Source: Vicugna vicugna (taxonomy: Eukaryota). Taken from it: 64,000 nucleotides of DNA. Below the pieces are notes generated by a model. That model was not told the DNA's origin, did not search any database, and saw nothing but the letters and a program-made list of their open reading frames with translations. Both the position numbers and the translations under genes were made by a program. Shown here one piece after another: positions 13,097-25,520 of the stretch. Each line of letters opens with the position of its first letter. Position 1 is the stretch's first letter. Location of the stretch: positions 1,179,249-1,243,248 of the forward strand of contig MU058241.1 of assembly GCA_013265495.1 (NCBI GenBank), read 5' to 3'.

Positions 13097-13799
13097 GTCA
13101 TTGTATAGGGGCGCCCTCATCTGGGGTTTATCTCACTTGTCCTTATGACTGGCAGGAAAAGTACAGGTGTAGTTTCCTTCTTCCTTCTCACTGCGTCTTA
13201 CCAGACGAGACGCAGCTTAACCTTGGTCAAAACTGATGTCTGTGAGGCCTTTTCCTTTTGAAGTTACTCTACTCCCCTTTATAATTAATAACTATCTAGT
13301 GGAGAAGTGATTGCAAAATTATATAAATGCCACCTTCTTCATCAAGATTTTAATTTGGTTATATCTGTATGAACTTACAGTTTCCTCTTTTATTTACTGA
13401 ATTATCATCTGCTATGATCATCACATATTTTGGTGCTCAGGTTGTGCTGTTTGGTCAGTGGGAGCCTACTTTGGCTGATCCTGTGTCCTTTGAACAGATC
13501 CTCATCATTCTTTGAGCAATTCCTTACTTTCTGGAACAATGTTCTGCAGGCTTATCTCATACCTCCTCTGCCCTAGCTCTGGAGTCAGCTATTTCTCTGA
13601 AGGCTGTAATTCCTTACAGTTGAAAATGGTATTTATATTTATGGTCTGTATACATGACATTTATCATCCAAATAACAGTGTTATTGGTGTGATGGGTCTC
13701 CCAGGTCCTCTTAGGGAACAGAGCCTAAAAATGTGGATGTATATGTACATGTGCATACAAAGATCAACATTTACATCTGGGTATATTTATCTCTCAGCT

Positions 13800-14085
13800 A
13801 TCGATCTGTTTCTCATCTGTTATCCATCCATCTACCTACCTATCTGCCTATCTACATCCCCTTGGACCCATCCATCCATCCATCCATCCATTATCCCTTA
13901 TCCCTATCTACCTACCTACCTACATCCCCTTGGATCGACAGTCTATCTGGCCATCCATCCATCTCTTATATCTGTCTATCTATCCATCCATCTATCCAAC
14001 TATCCACCCATCCCCCCACGCCATCCACCCATCCATCAGTCATCTACCTAACATATATATATATATATATGCATACATATACACT
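13800..14085. repeat. Degenerate (TCCA)n/(TCTA)n tetranucleotide array followed by (TA)n
   Basis: Runs of ccat/ctat/ctac repeats are directly visible. Confidence 0.9.
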
Positions 14086-15778
14086 CTCCTTGGTTGCCTT
14101 CTTGGTTGTGATATGTTGTCTGTCTGTCGTTCAATAACTAGCTTCAGATGGTTCAGCACTAACATTCTAAATTAAGGCACCATGCAGATTGCCAGAAAGA
14201 TAAAAAAATTTGTCTCGTGCATTAATTGGGTAACGTTCAGTATGCATGCTAGATTAATCAAATAGTGACACTCAATTAAAAATAGGTTTCCATAAAAAAT
14301 CATTCAGAAAAATCATTCCCAGTCAAATGACAGGCCTACGCCTAGTAATAAGGTGTGAGAGACATTGCATTAAATCAGGAACAGGTATGCCTGACATCTT
14401 TGCTACAATGCCAGTGGTTGTGGAAGGTCTAGAAATTACAGAAGCAAAGATAAGTAAAAGCTGAAGAAAGTGGAAACAGTGGGAAAACCTTTGTCATTTG
14501 TAAGTTGCGTCTAGCACTGTGCACATGACCTGACACCACAGATGTTTAATAGTTGGGGAACAAATGATTCTATGCCTAAAAATCTGAGACAGTCAACTGA
14601 AAAAGTACTATGAGAATTTAAAGAAGTTATGAAAAATTCTATACTAATTTATGAAAATTTATAGTACTTTTATACCAGTAGAATTTTAAAAGTAGAACAA
14701 TACATTCACCATAGCAAGAGATGCATCACATCTTAATGTGTAAGGCACATCTGAAAACCGTACAGTCTTCCCTGGTTACGTGGTAATGACACATAATCTG
14801 GGATGGGGAGGTGACATTCTGACACACAGAATGCATTTTACAAACTTCAGTCACACCCTTGATATTTTTGTCTTCAAAGTGTGACAAACGGATGGTAAAG
14901 TTCATCTGGCAGGATAAATGCTCAGTGACAGCCGAGGACGGATAGGTAATTTCTCAGTGTCGTCTGTGCATTTTTCTAAGGAAGCATTAGAGACGTTTCT
15001 TATTTAAGGGAACTCAGATAAAGGGACCATGTTTAGGACAGTTAATTGTCACAGGTTTTTGCACATGCTGGAACCTCAATTCAAATTACCTTCAGCCAAG
15101 GAGAGGTAAAAGAAAGAGGATGGACTCCCTGGAACGTTCTGTGTACAGTCCAGAGTCTACCTGGCGCACACAGCGGCCCAGTTAAGTGCCCGGATACCCA
15201 CTGTCTTCAGGACAGGTTCTGCCCAGGTGGTGACAAAGGTGGCTGTTCTCAGAGCAAAACTCAGATTTTACTATATTGGCAGCCACAGGGCGTAGGGAGG
15301 AAATTTTTCTAACAGACTCAATAGAAGAGTCTGAGAGGAAGTTCTGATTGGGTGTGATCGGGTCACGTGCCGTCTCTCGTCCTGTGTGCTGGTGGGGGTG
15401 GGGAGTGGACATTTTGACACTTCAGGCTCAGAGGCCACATTCGCCTGTTTGCCTCTTCGGCCTGAGGCTCAAACAATATGGGAAGAGCTAAATACGGGAA
15501 TATTTTTATTCCTGGCTTTTGCTAAAGAATAAAAGTGATGTTTGTGCAGTGATGCTATTAAAAGAATCTGTTCCCCTCTGGGAAGCTGAAGTTGTACATT
15601 TTCATCATATGGGTGGTCAACTGTGTTGAATTCAGCAGAGGAGGGAGGCTGGCTAGATTAAGGATGGAAAAGTTCCTGGCTGCGACATCATAGAGACAGA
15701 CTGTCTGTGAGCACTGACTCTGTGGAAGGATGGGCTCAGCCAACAGCATTGAGTTGAAGAGGGAAAACAGGAGAAAAC

Positions 15779-15816
15779 CTGTCGACGAGGTTCCAGTCTT
15801 CATTGTGAAACGATAG
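15779..15816 (-). CDS. Candidate microexon of unannotated minus-strand gene
   Basis: ttttttttgcaag|CTATCGTTTCACAATGAAGACTGGAACCTCGTCGACAG|gttttc; 38 nt, open in two frames (YRFTMKTGTSST or LSFHNEDWNLVD); weak donor. Confidence 0.3.
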
Positions 15817-15863
15817 CTTGCAAAAAAAACTAGTACATCTTTGAGCAATGGTGCTTTATTTAG

Positions 15864-16020
15864 GTCCTTGCATTTCAAACTGTGGTCCGTGAACCAACAC
15901 CAGGGCATCACTTGGGAACTTGTTGGAAGTGCAGAATCTCAGGCTTCGTCCCCAACCTCACGGACAGAGTCTGCATTATAACAGCGTTCCCAAGTGATGC
16001 CTTGAGTCTTGGGCAATGCT
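15864..16020. mobile_element. MER5A-like hAT DNA transposon fossil
   Basis: tcaaactgtggtcc...gcatcacttgggaacttgttggaagtgcagaatctcagg...agagtctgcatt...ccaagtgat. Confidence 0.75.
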
Positions 16021-16911
16021 GCTCAGATGGTGGATTCCACAGTGACGGGAATACAGTGTTCTAGGAGGGCAGTAAGTGGCAGATGATACACACAATGTTG
16101 CTGTATTTTATAGACAGATTTCCTTCCAAAGTGTTTGATATTAAAGAGATGGAGGGAGAACAGTAAACGTGAAAATTTATGTGGATGGATATTTCTGGTT
16201 GGGGACAGTACAGAGATGAGGAAAAAAGTGTTTGGCATCTTTGTCAGCAGATGAGGAAGGTCCGGTGGATGGAGGAAAGGAAGAGAACGTTCAAAGTGTC
16301 CACTTACTGAGCAAGTTTCTGGTGACACCTGACAGGCTGGCATAAGTGCGAGACTAAAGTGTTCTTTTAGGAAGAGAGACGTGGGCTAGAACAAAGAAAC
16401 GTATTTGTCGGGTAGAGGAGAGAAAGTGAACAGGGTGTTGCCTTTCATTCCAGAATAAGAGACAAAGCATCTAAGTTTAGAACATTTATGTAACAAAAAC
16501 TGTGGGTCTGCCAGGCTCCCCGCGATCATTTGCGTGACTATTCATGAAACCAGTAACTGGCTTTTGGAGCTTTCTAGCACAACTGAAGAGTCGACACCTG
16601 CAAACAGGGAGTGGGGGCTCTGATGGTGGCACAGGCAACTGGAAGGTTGTGGCATGAAGGATGCTAGGATGCTAAGCGTCAGAGCGGCGCCTGATGTAGT
16701 GGGGTGGAGGCATGGACTGGGAGAAGTGAGACCTGAGTCTGGGAGAGAAACATGGAAATACCACAAGCGCGAGGTAGTTCCTTTCTGACGCGGACTTCCA
16801 TAAGACACGCTATTTGTAGTAGCACTGTACTGTCGGCCACTTTCTAAACTTATTAGAGAAAATTGCTTTACCTTTGACATTAATAGAAAATGAATATCCA
16901 AATTCCATTAC

Positions 16912-16951
16912 CATCTGAGGAAAAAGTCTACTAATAGGGGATAGGACGGTT
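16912..16951 (-). CDS. Candidate microexon of unannotated minus-strand gene
   Basis: ttactgcag|AACCGTCC...CTCAGATG|gtaatg; 40 nt, open as (E)PSYPLLVDFFLR in phase 1 to 2. Confidence 0.3.
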
Positions 16952-17225
16952 CTGCAGTAACTGATTTTAGTGATTGGTTACGACGCTATTTGCCTTTCTA
17001 CTGTCAGTGGTAGAATCACCTACTTAGCAGTTTACTTTATAATTTATAGAGTTTAAGACTTTCTAAAATAGTTCATGTGTTATATTTTTATTATACCGAA
17101 ATTTTGCAAAAATCTTAGTTTTCAAATTCTGTTAAATTAGTTGTAATGTTTAAAAATCTCTCCCAGTGAATTCACCCCTCTGTTATTCTGCTGTGGTAAC
17201 GCTGTGCTTCCTTTCCTCTTCTGCT

Positions 17226-17374
17226 TTTTTTAAAATTTTGTTTTTGATTTTTTTGGGGGGTGTTAAGGAGGTAATTAGGTTTACTTATTTATTTATAGAG
17301 GAGGCACTGGGGATTGAACCCAGGACCTTGTACATGCTAAGCACGTGCTCCACCACTGAGCTGTAACCTCCCCC
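17226..17374 (-). mobile_element. Vic-1-like camelid tRNA-derived SINE
   Basis: Reverse complement reads ggggaggttacagctcagtggtggagcacgtgcttagcatgtacaaggtcctgggttcaatccccagtgcc (A/B boxes) plus aaacctaattacc tail; flanked by TCTTCTGCT direct repeats (17217-17225, 17378-17386). Confidence 0.9.
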
Positions 17375-18380
17375 TTGTCTTCTGCTAAAATGTTATGCTT
17401 CCCCAGTTTTTCTCTGAATCAGCCTAGAACTTCCCCTTGTACATACACTATGGGGGAAATGAAAGGCATCCCGTGGGAATTCCATCCCCTTCTCATAATC
17501 AGTGTATCACATCTTCCTGTCCTCCCACCTTGGAGAAGATGTCTCCCCCCCTCCCATAGCCCAGTTTGTGCATTTACTCTGTAGGACTACCTCGTGTCTT
17601 ATCACCTCTTATCTCTCCAGGGAACTCTTTCCATCATTTACCTGCTGTCTGCTTCATCACCACCCTCTCCCTTCTTCTTTGGTACTTTCCATCACCAACA
17701 GGCTTCAGCATCTCCCATGTTACAAGTGAAAAGCTCTCCAGGGCTCCACTCTCCTTTGAGACACCATCATCTCAATCTCTGCTTACTCAGAGCCCAACTT
17801 ATCGCCTCCTTGACTCTCTCTGTAAACCCTCTCCTGTCCCAGTGTGGCCCATGCCTTTGTCACACTGCCCCCTCTCAGCAGAAGGGCATTAGTAGACACA
17901 GGGGCATGTGTCATTGCTCACATTGCTTGATGTCCCAGCCGGAGGACACATTCTGTCCCCAGACGGGCACGCTCTCCTATCTGTTTCCTCCTACGTGCCC
18001 GGCCCTTAGTGTCCCGTGTCAGCCTCTCCCTTCAACACGGCCTCTTCACATTGGTGCATTTCAGGTCATCTTGTGAGCCCTGAACCATTCCTGTTCCTTC
18101 TTCTTAGGAGGTGCATGGATCTACAAATGCACTCTATGGGCTGATGATGCCCAGGATCAAGCTCGGGTCCAAGCTTCCCATCATACAACGCCCCAGACCT
18201 GTTTATCTGACTGCGTTTGGAATGTCTCAACTTGCCGCTCTCTGAGGCACCATCAGACTTGACTTACCTTTATCACCACCCTCACTCTGAGACCCTCAAC
18301 TGTGTTGTTCTTTCCCAAAGGGCCCCCCCACCTCCCATCCGGATGTGGGAAAAAGCACCTGTATTTATCCTTTGGCTTTT

Positions 18381-21300
18381 TTATTTAACATTTTTAAAAC
18401 TGAGTTATAGTCATTTTACAATTTTGTGTCAAATTCCAGTGTAGAGCACAATTTTTCAGTTACGCATGAATTTACATATATTCTCATTCTTTTTCGCCGT
18501 GGGCTACCACAAGATCTTGTGTATATTTCCCTGTGCTATACAGTATAATCTTCTTTATTCTGCATATACCTGTCAGTATCTACAAATTTTGAAATCCCAG
18601 TCTGTCCCTTCCCATCCCCCACCCCCTTGGCAACCACAGGTTTGTATTCTATGTCTATGAGTCTGTTTCTGTTTTGTATTTATGTTCTTTTTTTTTTTTA
18701 ACATTCCACATATGAGCGATCTCATATGATATTTTTCTTTCTCTTTCTGGCTTACTTCACTTGGAATGACATTCTCCAGGAACATCATGTTGCTGCAAAT
18801 GGTGTTATGTTGTCAGTTTTTATGGCTGAATAGTATTCCATTGTGAAAATAGACCACATCTTCTTTATCCGGTCACCTGTTGATGGACATTTAGGCTGTT
18901 TCCATGTCTTGGCTATTGTAAATAGTGCTCCTATGAACATTGGGGTGCAGGTGTCATCCTGAAGTAGATTTCCTTCTGGATACAAGCCCAGGAGTGGGAT
19001 TCCTGGGTCATATGGTAAGTCTATTCCTAGTCTTTTGAGGAATCTCCATATTGTTTTCCACAGTGGCTGCACCAAACTGCATTCCCACCAGCAGTGTAGG
19101 AGAGTACCCTTTTGTCCACAGCCTCTCCAGCATTTGTCATTTGTGGATTTTTGAATGATGGCCATATTCTGACTGGTGTGAGGTGATACCTCATCATAGT
19201 TTTCATTTGCATTTCTCTGAATAATTAGTGATATTGAGCATTTTTTTCATGTGCCCATTGATCACTTGTATGTCTTCCTTGGAGAATTGCTTGTTTAGGT
19301 CTTCTGCCCATTTTTGGACTGGGTTTGTTTTTTTCTTATTATATCACATGAGCTGCTTATATATTCTGGAGATCAAGCTTTCCTTGGTTTCATCATTTGC
19401 AAAAATTTTCTTCCATTCCGTAGGTTGTCGTTTTGTTTTACTTATGGTTTTCTTTGCTGTGCAGAAGCTTGTAAGTTTAATTAGGTCCCATTTGTTTATT
19501 CTCGCTTTTATTTCTACTGCTTGGGTAGACTGCCCTAGGAGAAGATTTTTGAGATGTCAGATAATGTTTTGCCTATATTTTCCTCTAGGAGGTTTACTGT
19601 ATCTTGTCTTATCTTGTCTTTGATCCATTTGGAGTTGATTTTTGTGTATGGTGTAAGGGAGTGTTCTAGCTTCACTGATTTACATGCTGCTGTCCAGTTT
19701 TCCCACACCACTTGCAGAAGAGGCTGTCTTTATTCCATTGTATATTCTTGCCTCCTTTGTCAAAGATGAGTTGACCAAAAGTTTGTGGGTTCATTTCTGG
19801 GCGCTCTATTCTGTTCCATTGGTCCGTATGTCTGTTTTTGTACCAATACCATGCTGTCTTGATGACTGTAGCTGTATAGTATTGTCTGAAGTGTGGGAGA
19901 AGTGTGGGTATTCCTCTAGCCTCTTTCTTTTTCTTCAGTAATGCTTTGGCAATTCTAGGTCTTTTGTGGTTCCATGTAAATTTTATTATGATTTGTTTTA
20001 GTTGTGTGAAATATGTCAGGTAATTTGATAGGGATTGCATTAAATCTGTAGATTGCCTGGTGCAGTGTGACCATTTTAACAATATTGATTCTTCCAATCC
20101 AGGAGCATGGGGTATCTTTTCATTTTTTTAAGTCTTCTTTAATTTCCTTCATCAATGGTTTATAGTTTTCTGTGTATAAGTGTTTCACCTCCTTGGTTAG
20201 ATTTATTCCTAGGTATTTTATTACTTTGGGTGCTATTTTAAAGGGGAATGTTTCTTTACTTTCTTTTTCTGTTGATTCATCTTTAGTGAAAAGAAATGCA
20301 ACTGATTTTTGAACATTAATCTTCTAGCCTGGTACCTTGCTGAATTCTTCGATCAGCTCTAGTAGTTTTTGTGTGGCCCTTTAGGGTTTTCTATATATAG
20401 TATTATGTCATCTGCATATAGTCAGATCAAAAACAAGAGAAATGAAAATGAAATGAGGTAGATTTTTAAAAATAAAAATAATAAAAAATATTTTAAAAGA
20501 AAAAATTAAAAGCAATTAAAACTGGAGACAGAATTGTTTAAAAAGTAAAAATTAAAAAGGTAATAGAAAATAGAACGATAAAAAAAAGATAAAAACTGAA
20601 TTTTAAAAGAAGGGAGGAAAGAAAAGGTTGGAAAACAGTGTATAATGAATAATAGAAAAGCAAGTTGAAGCAGAATAGCAATCAGGTTGAGACGTCTTTT
20701 AAAAACCTTTAAAAAAGGAGAAAGGAACAACAAAAAATTTGAAACCTGTGTATAATCAATAACGAGATCAAAACCAAGAGAAATAAAAATGAAATGTGGG
20801 TTTTTAAAAATAATAAAAAAAATTTTTAAAGAAAAAATTTAAAGGGATTAGAATTGGAAACATACAATTGTTTAAAAAGTAAAAGTAAAAAAAGGTAATA
20901 GAAAATAGAACAGATTAGAAAAAAATGTGAGGGGAATGTGTTCTTGGGGAGACTGCGCTCTTAATGATTTTATCGAGAGGTCTTTCCGTCTTTGCCCTGT
21001 TTCGTGAACTCAGCTTGCTGTTTCCAGAAGCCCTCCGTTGGCGCTCGTCTGTGCTGCTCCCAGTGCCTGTCGGCAAGCAGAGCGCGCCCCGTTCCAGCAC
21101 CGCGGTCAGGGGCTCCGTTCCTGCCAGGAAGGCAGGTGGCCCCCCGCCCTCTTGCGGCACCGGTCACTCTGCTGCTCTGTGCAGCTGCCCGCTCCACTCC
21201 TCCAGGTCGGTGATTGTAGGCGGGCTCGGGGAAGACGGCGGAACAGCCGCACCCCTGCTCCAGGCCAAAACTCAGCTCCTTGTTTGTCTTGGTGGTGGTG

Positions 21301-22052
21301 AGGTCCCAGGGCGGAAGGATCCTATCTGCCTCGGGCTGCAGACAAGTCTCCTTTGGCCTTTGAGGCTGCTGAGCCCTTAGGTAGGATTCAGGTTTCGGCC
21401 CCGCCCCCGCCTGGGTGCTCAGCGCTGTAAGGTATGGTGGCTGTGCCTGAGCCCCGCCTCTCTTGGCCCAAAACCCTCCCTGGGTTTTCAGAGATGCAGC
21501 TGTGGCACCCTTCCCCCCAGGGCAGATCAGCCGTGTTGTTTTATGGGGGCCAAGGTGGTTCTGCTCTGTATCCCCTCCCAGCCACAGCGCACAGCACCCT
21601 GCAGCCGCCCCAGTCCTCTGCACGGCTGGCACAGCCTGTCGCAGCCCCCTCCTGCTGCTCTGCCTCTAGGGCTGGGAGTTGCAGAGACCTTCTGTGCCCT
21701 TTTACCTTAGTTCTGTTGATCAAGAGCTGCTCCGTACAGATCCGAGGTGGACCCACCTCCATCCCGCTGACCTCCCCGTTGGAGAGGGGGAAGATTCAAC
21801 GAACGAGCCCTAGTCTTCCTTTGCTGCTCCCTCCCTGCAGGACCCGCCCCACAGTTTTGCTTTTTCGTCTTTGTTTTTTCTTTTTCTCCTACCAGATTCA
21901 TGGTGTCTTTGTCTTTTGAAGAGGGTGATGTTCTGCTGGAGTTCAGCAGGTGCTCTGGCTGGCTGGGTGGGTCGGTGGATGTGCGTTTTGGTGTATTTGT
22001 GGGAGAGGGTGAGCTACGAGCATCCTTCTACTCCACCGCCTTGGCCCCAGGC
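18381..22052 (-). mobile_element. L1 LINE with both ends retained but a large internal deletion (5'UTR fused to the ORF2 3' part)
   Basis: 3' tail at ~18381; ORF2 C-terminal peptides (KCWRGCG...HCWWEC...[24 protein letters not shown]); YADD motif at 20407-20418; GC-rich 5'UTR ~20930-22052; 15-bp TSD TATCCTTTGGCTTTT at 18366-18380 and 22053-22067, followed by AA (TTTT/AA endonuclease site). Confidence 0.93.
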
Positions 22053-22334
22053 TATCCTTTGGCTTTTAACTTTTTCACTGCTGAACGATACCACCTACTT
22101 TCCGTTTAGTGGTAAGCATCTCTGTTAAAGATCAGTTCTGTTAGTAACTAACACATATTTCCATGGGGTGATCTTGTTTGTTTCCTGCTAATTTAAATAT
22201 TTCTGGATCTCATATTCTTAGTGATAACATACTCCGTAGTTACAGGAGCTTTATCATATTCCAGAGCACACTGTGTCCTTAGGTTTCTCTCTTCTCTACA
22301 GACATGTACGTCTGGAGTCTGATTTCAGTCTTAC

Positions 22335-22347
22335 CCGTCTCAACTAG
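22335..22347 (-). CDS. Candidate 13-nt microexon of unannotated minus-strand gene
   Basis: ctcacattgtttatag|CTAGTTGAGACGG|gtaaga; LVET, phase 0 to 1. Confidence 0.35.
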
Positions 22348-22773
22348 CTATAAACAATGTGAGATTTGATGCATCTGTCCTTTTTAATGTTGATAGATTC
22401 CTTAATATCCAAAGCACTTATGTGCATGAAGAACACCACTGTTTGTACTTTGATATCTAATTTACTTATATAGCATTCTTCTAAAGATCCATATTTTATT
22501 TATATAACCAATAAAGCAAAAGCTTATTCATTAAACAGATTTCCACAGGCCTTAAAACATTCATTGCACACCTAATGAATTTTTTTCTAATTATTTAATT
22601 CAAACCAGTCTGATACATTTGATTTTCTTAAATGCTTTAATTAAGCACTATTAAAAAGCAGACAATACACACATAGTATTAAATTTGTTGAAAACTGGAT
22701 TGGTTCACTTGGGCTAATCACATCAGAAGTGCTAATAAATTTAATGGGTTTTTTTTCTTGTCTATATTCTTAC

Positions 22774-22858
22774 TCTCTTACTCATTTTTAGGGTTCTCTT
22801 GTTTTCATCAACTTTACCCCCTGTACCCATGTCCGATGATTTGATAATCCTGCACACC
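22774..22858 (-). CDS. Candidate exon of unannotated minus-strand gene
   Basis: ctcttcatctttag|G VCRIIKSSDMGTGGKVDENKRTLKMSKR|gtaaga (alternative donor 8 nt earlier). Confidence 0.45.
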
Positions 22859-22924
22859 CTAAAGATGAAGAGCATTCCTGCTGCCCACGGTTGAAGGATT
22901 TGGTTTTATCAATCAGTTTATTAC

Positions 22925-22975
22925 TGGCCTAGGTCATGAGAAGTCTTGGCGCCTTCCAAGGTGACTGTCCTTGAG
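22925..22975 (-). CDS. Candidate symmetric (phase 2/2) exon
   Basis: gtcattag|C SRTVTLEGAKTSHDLG CA|gtaata; 51 nt. Confidence 0.35.
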
Positions 22976-23090
22976 CTAATGACTCAACAGGAGAGGGGTC
23001 CTGATTTCACAGTTAACTATTGTCCTTTATGGAAGGAACTATCCAAACCACTGCCTCCGACAGTTGGTTTTTATTTTTCAGTAACTCTAC

Positions 23091-23114
23091 CTTTTGTCCC
23101 AAGCGTCGGTTGGT
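23091..23114 (-). CDS. Candidate symmetric (phase 2/2) microexon
   Basis: attccag|A PTDAWDK AG|gtagag; 24 nt. Confidence 0.3.
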
Positions 23115-23679
23115 CTGGAATCTCATCTTCTCAGTACAGTCCATTACATGCCTCCCTGAGTACCACCTCCTCACACTGACTGGAAAGAGCCACATCTGCC
23201 CCTGCTGGGCCTGAAAGGGACTGCTTTTCTGGGGAAGTGCAGTCCGCGGGGCTCTCAGAGATGCCTTTTGCTGTTGCTCGCCCACCGCGGAGCGCTCGGG
23301 GTTGATTTCTGACTGACCACCGTCAGGTGGGGATTATTGATCTCCGCATTCCGTCCCTTCCGCTGGTGCTCGCTCACCGAGGCCGTCCCTCACGCACACG
23401 CCGAACGCGGGCCGCGCACCGTTTACTGTGAAGTCGTGGCCATGCTGCCCCCATGCGTCTCTTCAGGTTTATGTGGTTGTGGTAAAAAGTAAAATTGTGA
23501 AGTTACTTTTGATTGCCATCTGCCTTGCTCGAGAAACTGTATCTGAACACCCTCCCAGACCATCACTGCCTGCGACTTTAGAACCAGATTGGTCCCTTGG
23601 CAATAAAAACAGGTGTTTGACATGCCATAAATACAGTTAGACAGGTGGAATGTTTAGAATAAAGAAAAATGCCCCTTAC

Positions 23680-23712
23680 CGACTCATTTTACTTCCCATC
23701 ATCTTGTTCTTC
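23680..23712 (-). CDS. Candidate symmetric (phase 2/2) microexon
   Basis: ttattcag|G KNKMMGSKMS CG|gtaagg; 33 nt. Confidence 0.45.
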
Positions 23713-23957
23713 CTGAATAACCCACGACTGTCAGTAGAAGGTTGTTTATGGGAGAACAGGCATGAAAAAGGGGAAGAAACAAACTTTTATTTATGGCTTA
23801 TGAAAATGTAGAAAATGGATGAAAATAGAAGGCTAGAAAGCGGGAATTATGCAAGGTACTGAATTCTTGTACATAGTTATCAACACGTTAGTTACCCTTA
23901 GCTTTGTACTCACTAGTGTCTTGATTGCAATGGCATCTAAATGACGTGTCTTCATAC

Positions 23958-24041
23958 CTTTGATGAACGCTCTTATTTAAAGCTCTGTTCGCATTCTGCG
24001 GGTTTTTCTGGATTTTATCACCTTTCATGACACCAGATAAT
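23958..24041 (-). CDS. Candidate symmetric (phase 2/2) exon
   Basis: tattgttgcag|A LSGVMKGDKIQKNPQNANRALNKSVHQ AG|gtatga; 84 nt, joins in frame to 23680-23712. Confidence 0.5.
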
Positions 24042-24339
24042 CTGCAACAATATTTACAAAAATACTATTATGTTTCAGAATTTTGTAGTAAGAAAATGTC
24101 ACTTATTTTTACATTTCCCTTCTACATGCAAAGCATTTGCAAACTGTGACTATTTGGGCTGATGTATTTTCCCCTTGGGGTTATTTTGAAGAAAGAGGTT
24201 TCTGAGCCTGACAATGTGTGACATGTTAGTTTCAGGTGGTTTACTTCCTCTGCACAAGTCAGAAGACTTACTGAAAAAAAAAAACAAAAGATACAGGAAA
24301 AACTCTGAGGCCGTCAAGCTACAAATACTCAATGAGCAC

Positions 24340-24360
24340 CTGCCTCCTACTACATGCAGT
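24340..24360 (-). CDS. Candidate symmetric (phase 2/2) microexon
   Basis: acacacag|A LHVVGG AG|gtgctc; 21 nt; a 69-nt intron leads to a very strong acceptor (ttttttttttcag at 24271) opening KSSDLCRGSKPPE... Confidence 0.3.
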
Positions 24361-24734
24361 CTGTGTGTTTTTAGAAACTTCAAATGTGGCAGCCGATCTT
24401 TCTTAAAAATTACGTGGTGTTTTCATTCAAAATGGTATAGGCACATTGGAAAAAAAATCTGTATATACATTAAAAAACAAAAGGAAAAGTGTCTTCACAG
24501 CATCTCCCACGTGTGTGTGTGTGTGTATATATATATATATTCCATATATATATGGAATACTCATTATGTTTGGTGCTTGTTTCTCTCCGTGTATATAGAG
24601 ACACAAAAGTACCTCTTGTTCTTTAGCACAATAGATTTGGTTCATACTTTGTACAGAATAGATATTCCTCTGTAACTTTTATTTTTTTCCCATTCATAGC
24701 ATATCAAAGCAATCATGTTTTTGAATTAACTTAC

Positions 24735-24847
24735 TCTTTTAAGTTGCCCTTGTGTGAACACATGAACACTCAGCAGATCGCTGCCTGTTCGGGGTCCCTT
24801 AGCTTCTCTGTGATCTCTGTGCATCTCTTTGTCCACAGCAGGTATTT
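24735..24847 (-). CDS. Candidate exon of unannotated minus-strand gene
   Basis: gtttctcctacag|AA IPAVDKEMHRDHREAKGPRTGSDLLSVHVFTQGQLKR|gtaagt; 113 nt, only one frame open. Confidence 0.5.
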
Positions 24848-25520
24848 CTGTAGGAGAAACCACTACAGGTTGAAATGCCAGCTCAACGGGAAAACCAGAT
24901 TAACACTCCCCAAGGTTCTAGGCAAACGGCCCTTCAGAAAAGGTGGTCACAAGACACACTCCCTCAGCAGTTTGACAACACGGTTCTTGCCACCTTCACT
25001 AACAATAGACAGTGTCAGTCTTCAGACTTGGGTGATGAGGTAGGCAGAGAGAAACCAAGAGGAAGTGCACCTTGTTTTAATACAGAGAACACATTAATCT
25101 TCAGGTGGGTTGGTTTTATCATGCAAAGGATCCATTTTGTCTAGATTCAGAAACTCAGGCCCTAAGCTCTGTGTTCTATTTTAATTCTGTATGAATGTGT
25201 TTCTTCGCTTCTTGGTGGTGGTGGAGAGGGTGGTAGTGGAGGGGGTGTGGCTGTGTGTCATTCCTTTTCGTATTTCCATCGAGAGGAAAACCTCTGCCCC
25301 ATGATTGGAAAGGGGCGGGTATTGGGAAAAGACTCGCATGACCTCACCTTCATTCTCATCTGTCTGAGAGAGAAGTTCTCTCAACAGTGATCTCCAGGTA
25401 GAGGGCCTCTGGCGTGGCCCTGTGTCCAGAGTTCTTGTTCCTTCTCTCTCAGAAGCTTACTCTGCCTTCAAGCAGACTTTCTCTCAGCACCTCTTCCACA
25501 TCCAGGCACAGGAGGCCCAC

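Noticed and set aside
13512..14175. ORFs of 179, 134 and 81 aa
   Set aside because: Translations of the (TCCA/TCTA)n simple repeat.
17296..17374. tRNA-like A/B box sequence (also at 32.9, 33.4, 34.6, 37.9 and 58.6 kb)
   Set aside because: Has an AT-rich tail and TSDs and varies between copies: SINE, not a tRNA gene.
18785..20097. L1 ORF2 fragments as an active retrotransposon
   Set aside because: Frameshifts and stops, and loss of ORF1 and the endonuclease; cannot be autonomous.
20964..21919. Overlapping 138-220 aa ORFs on both strands
   Set aside because: They lie in the GC-rich L1 5'UTR, where stop codons are scarce; no similarity to L1 ORF1 or any protein I know.
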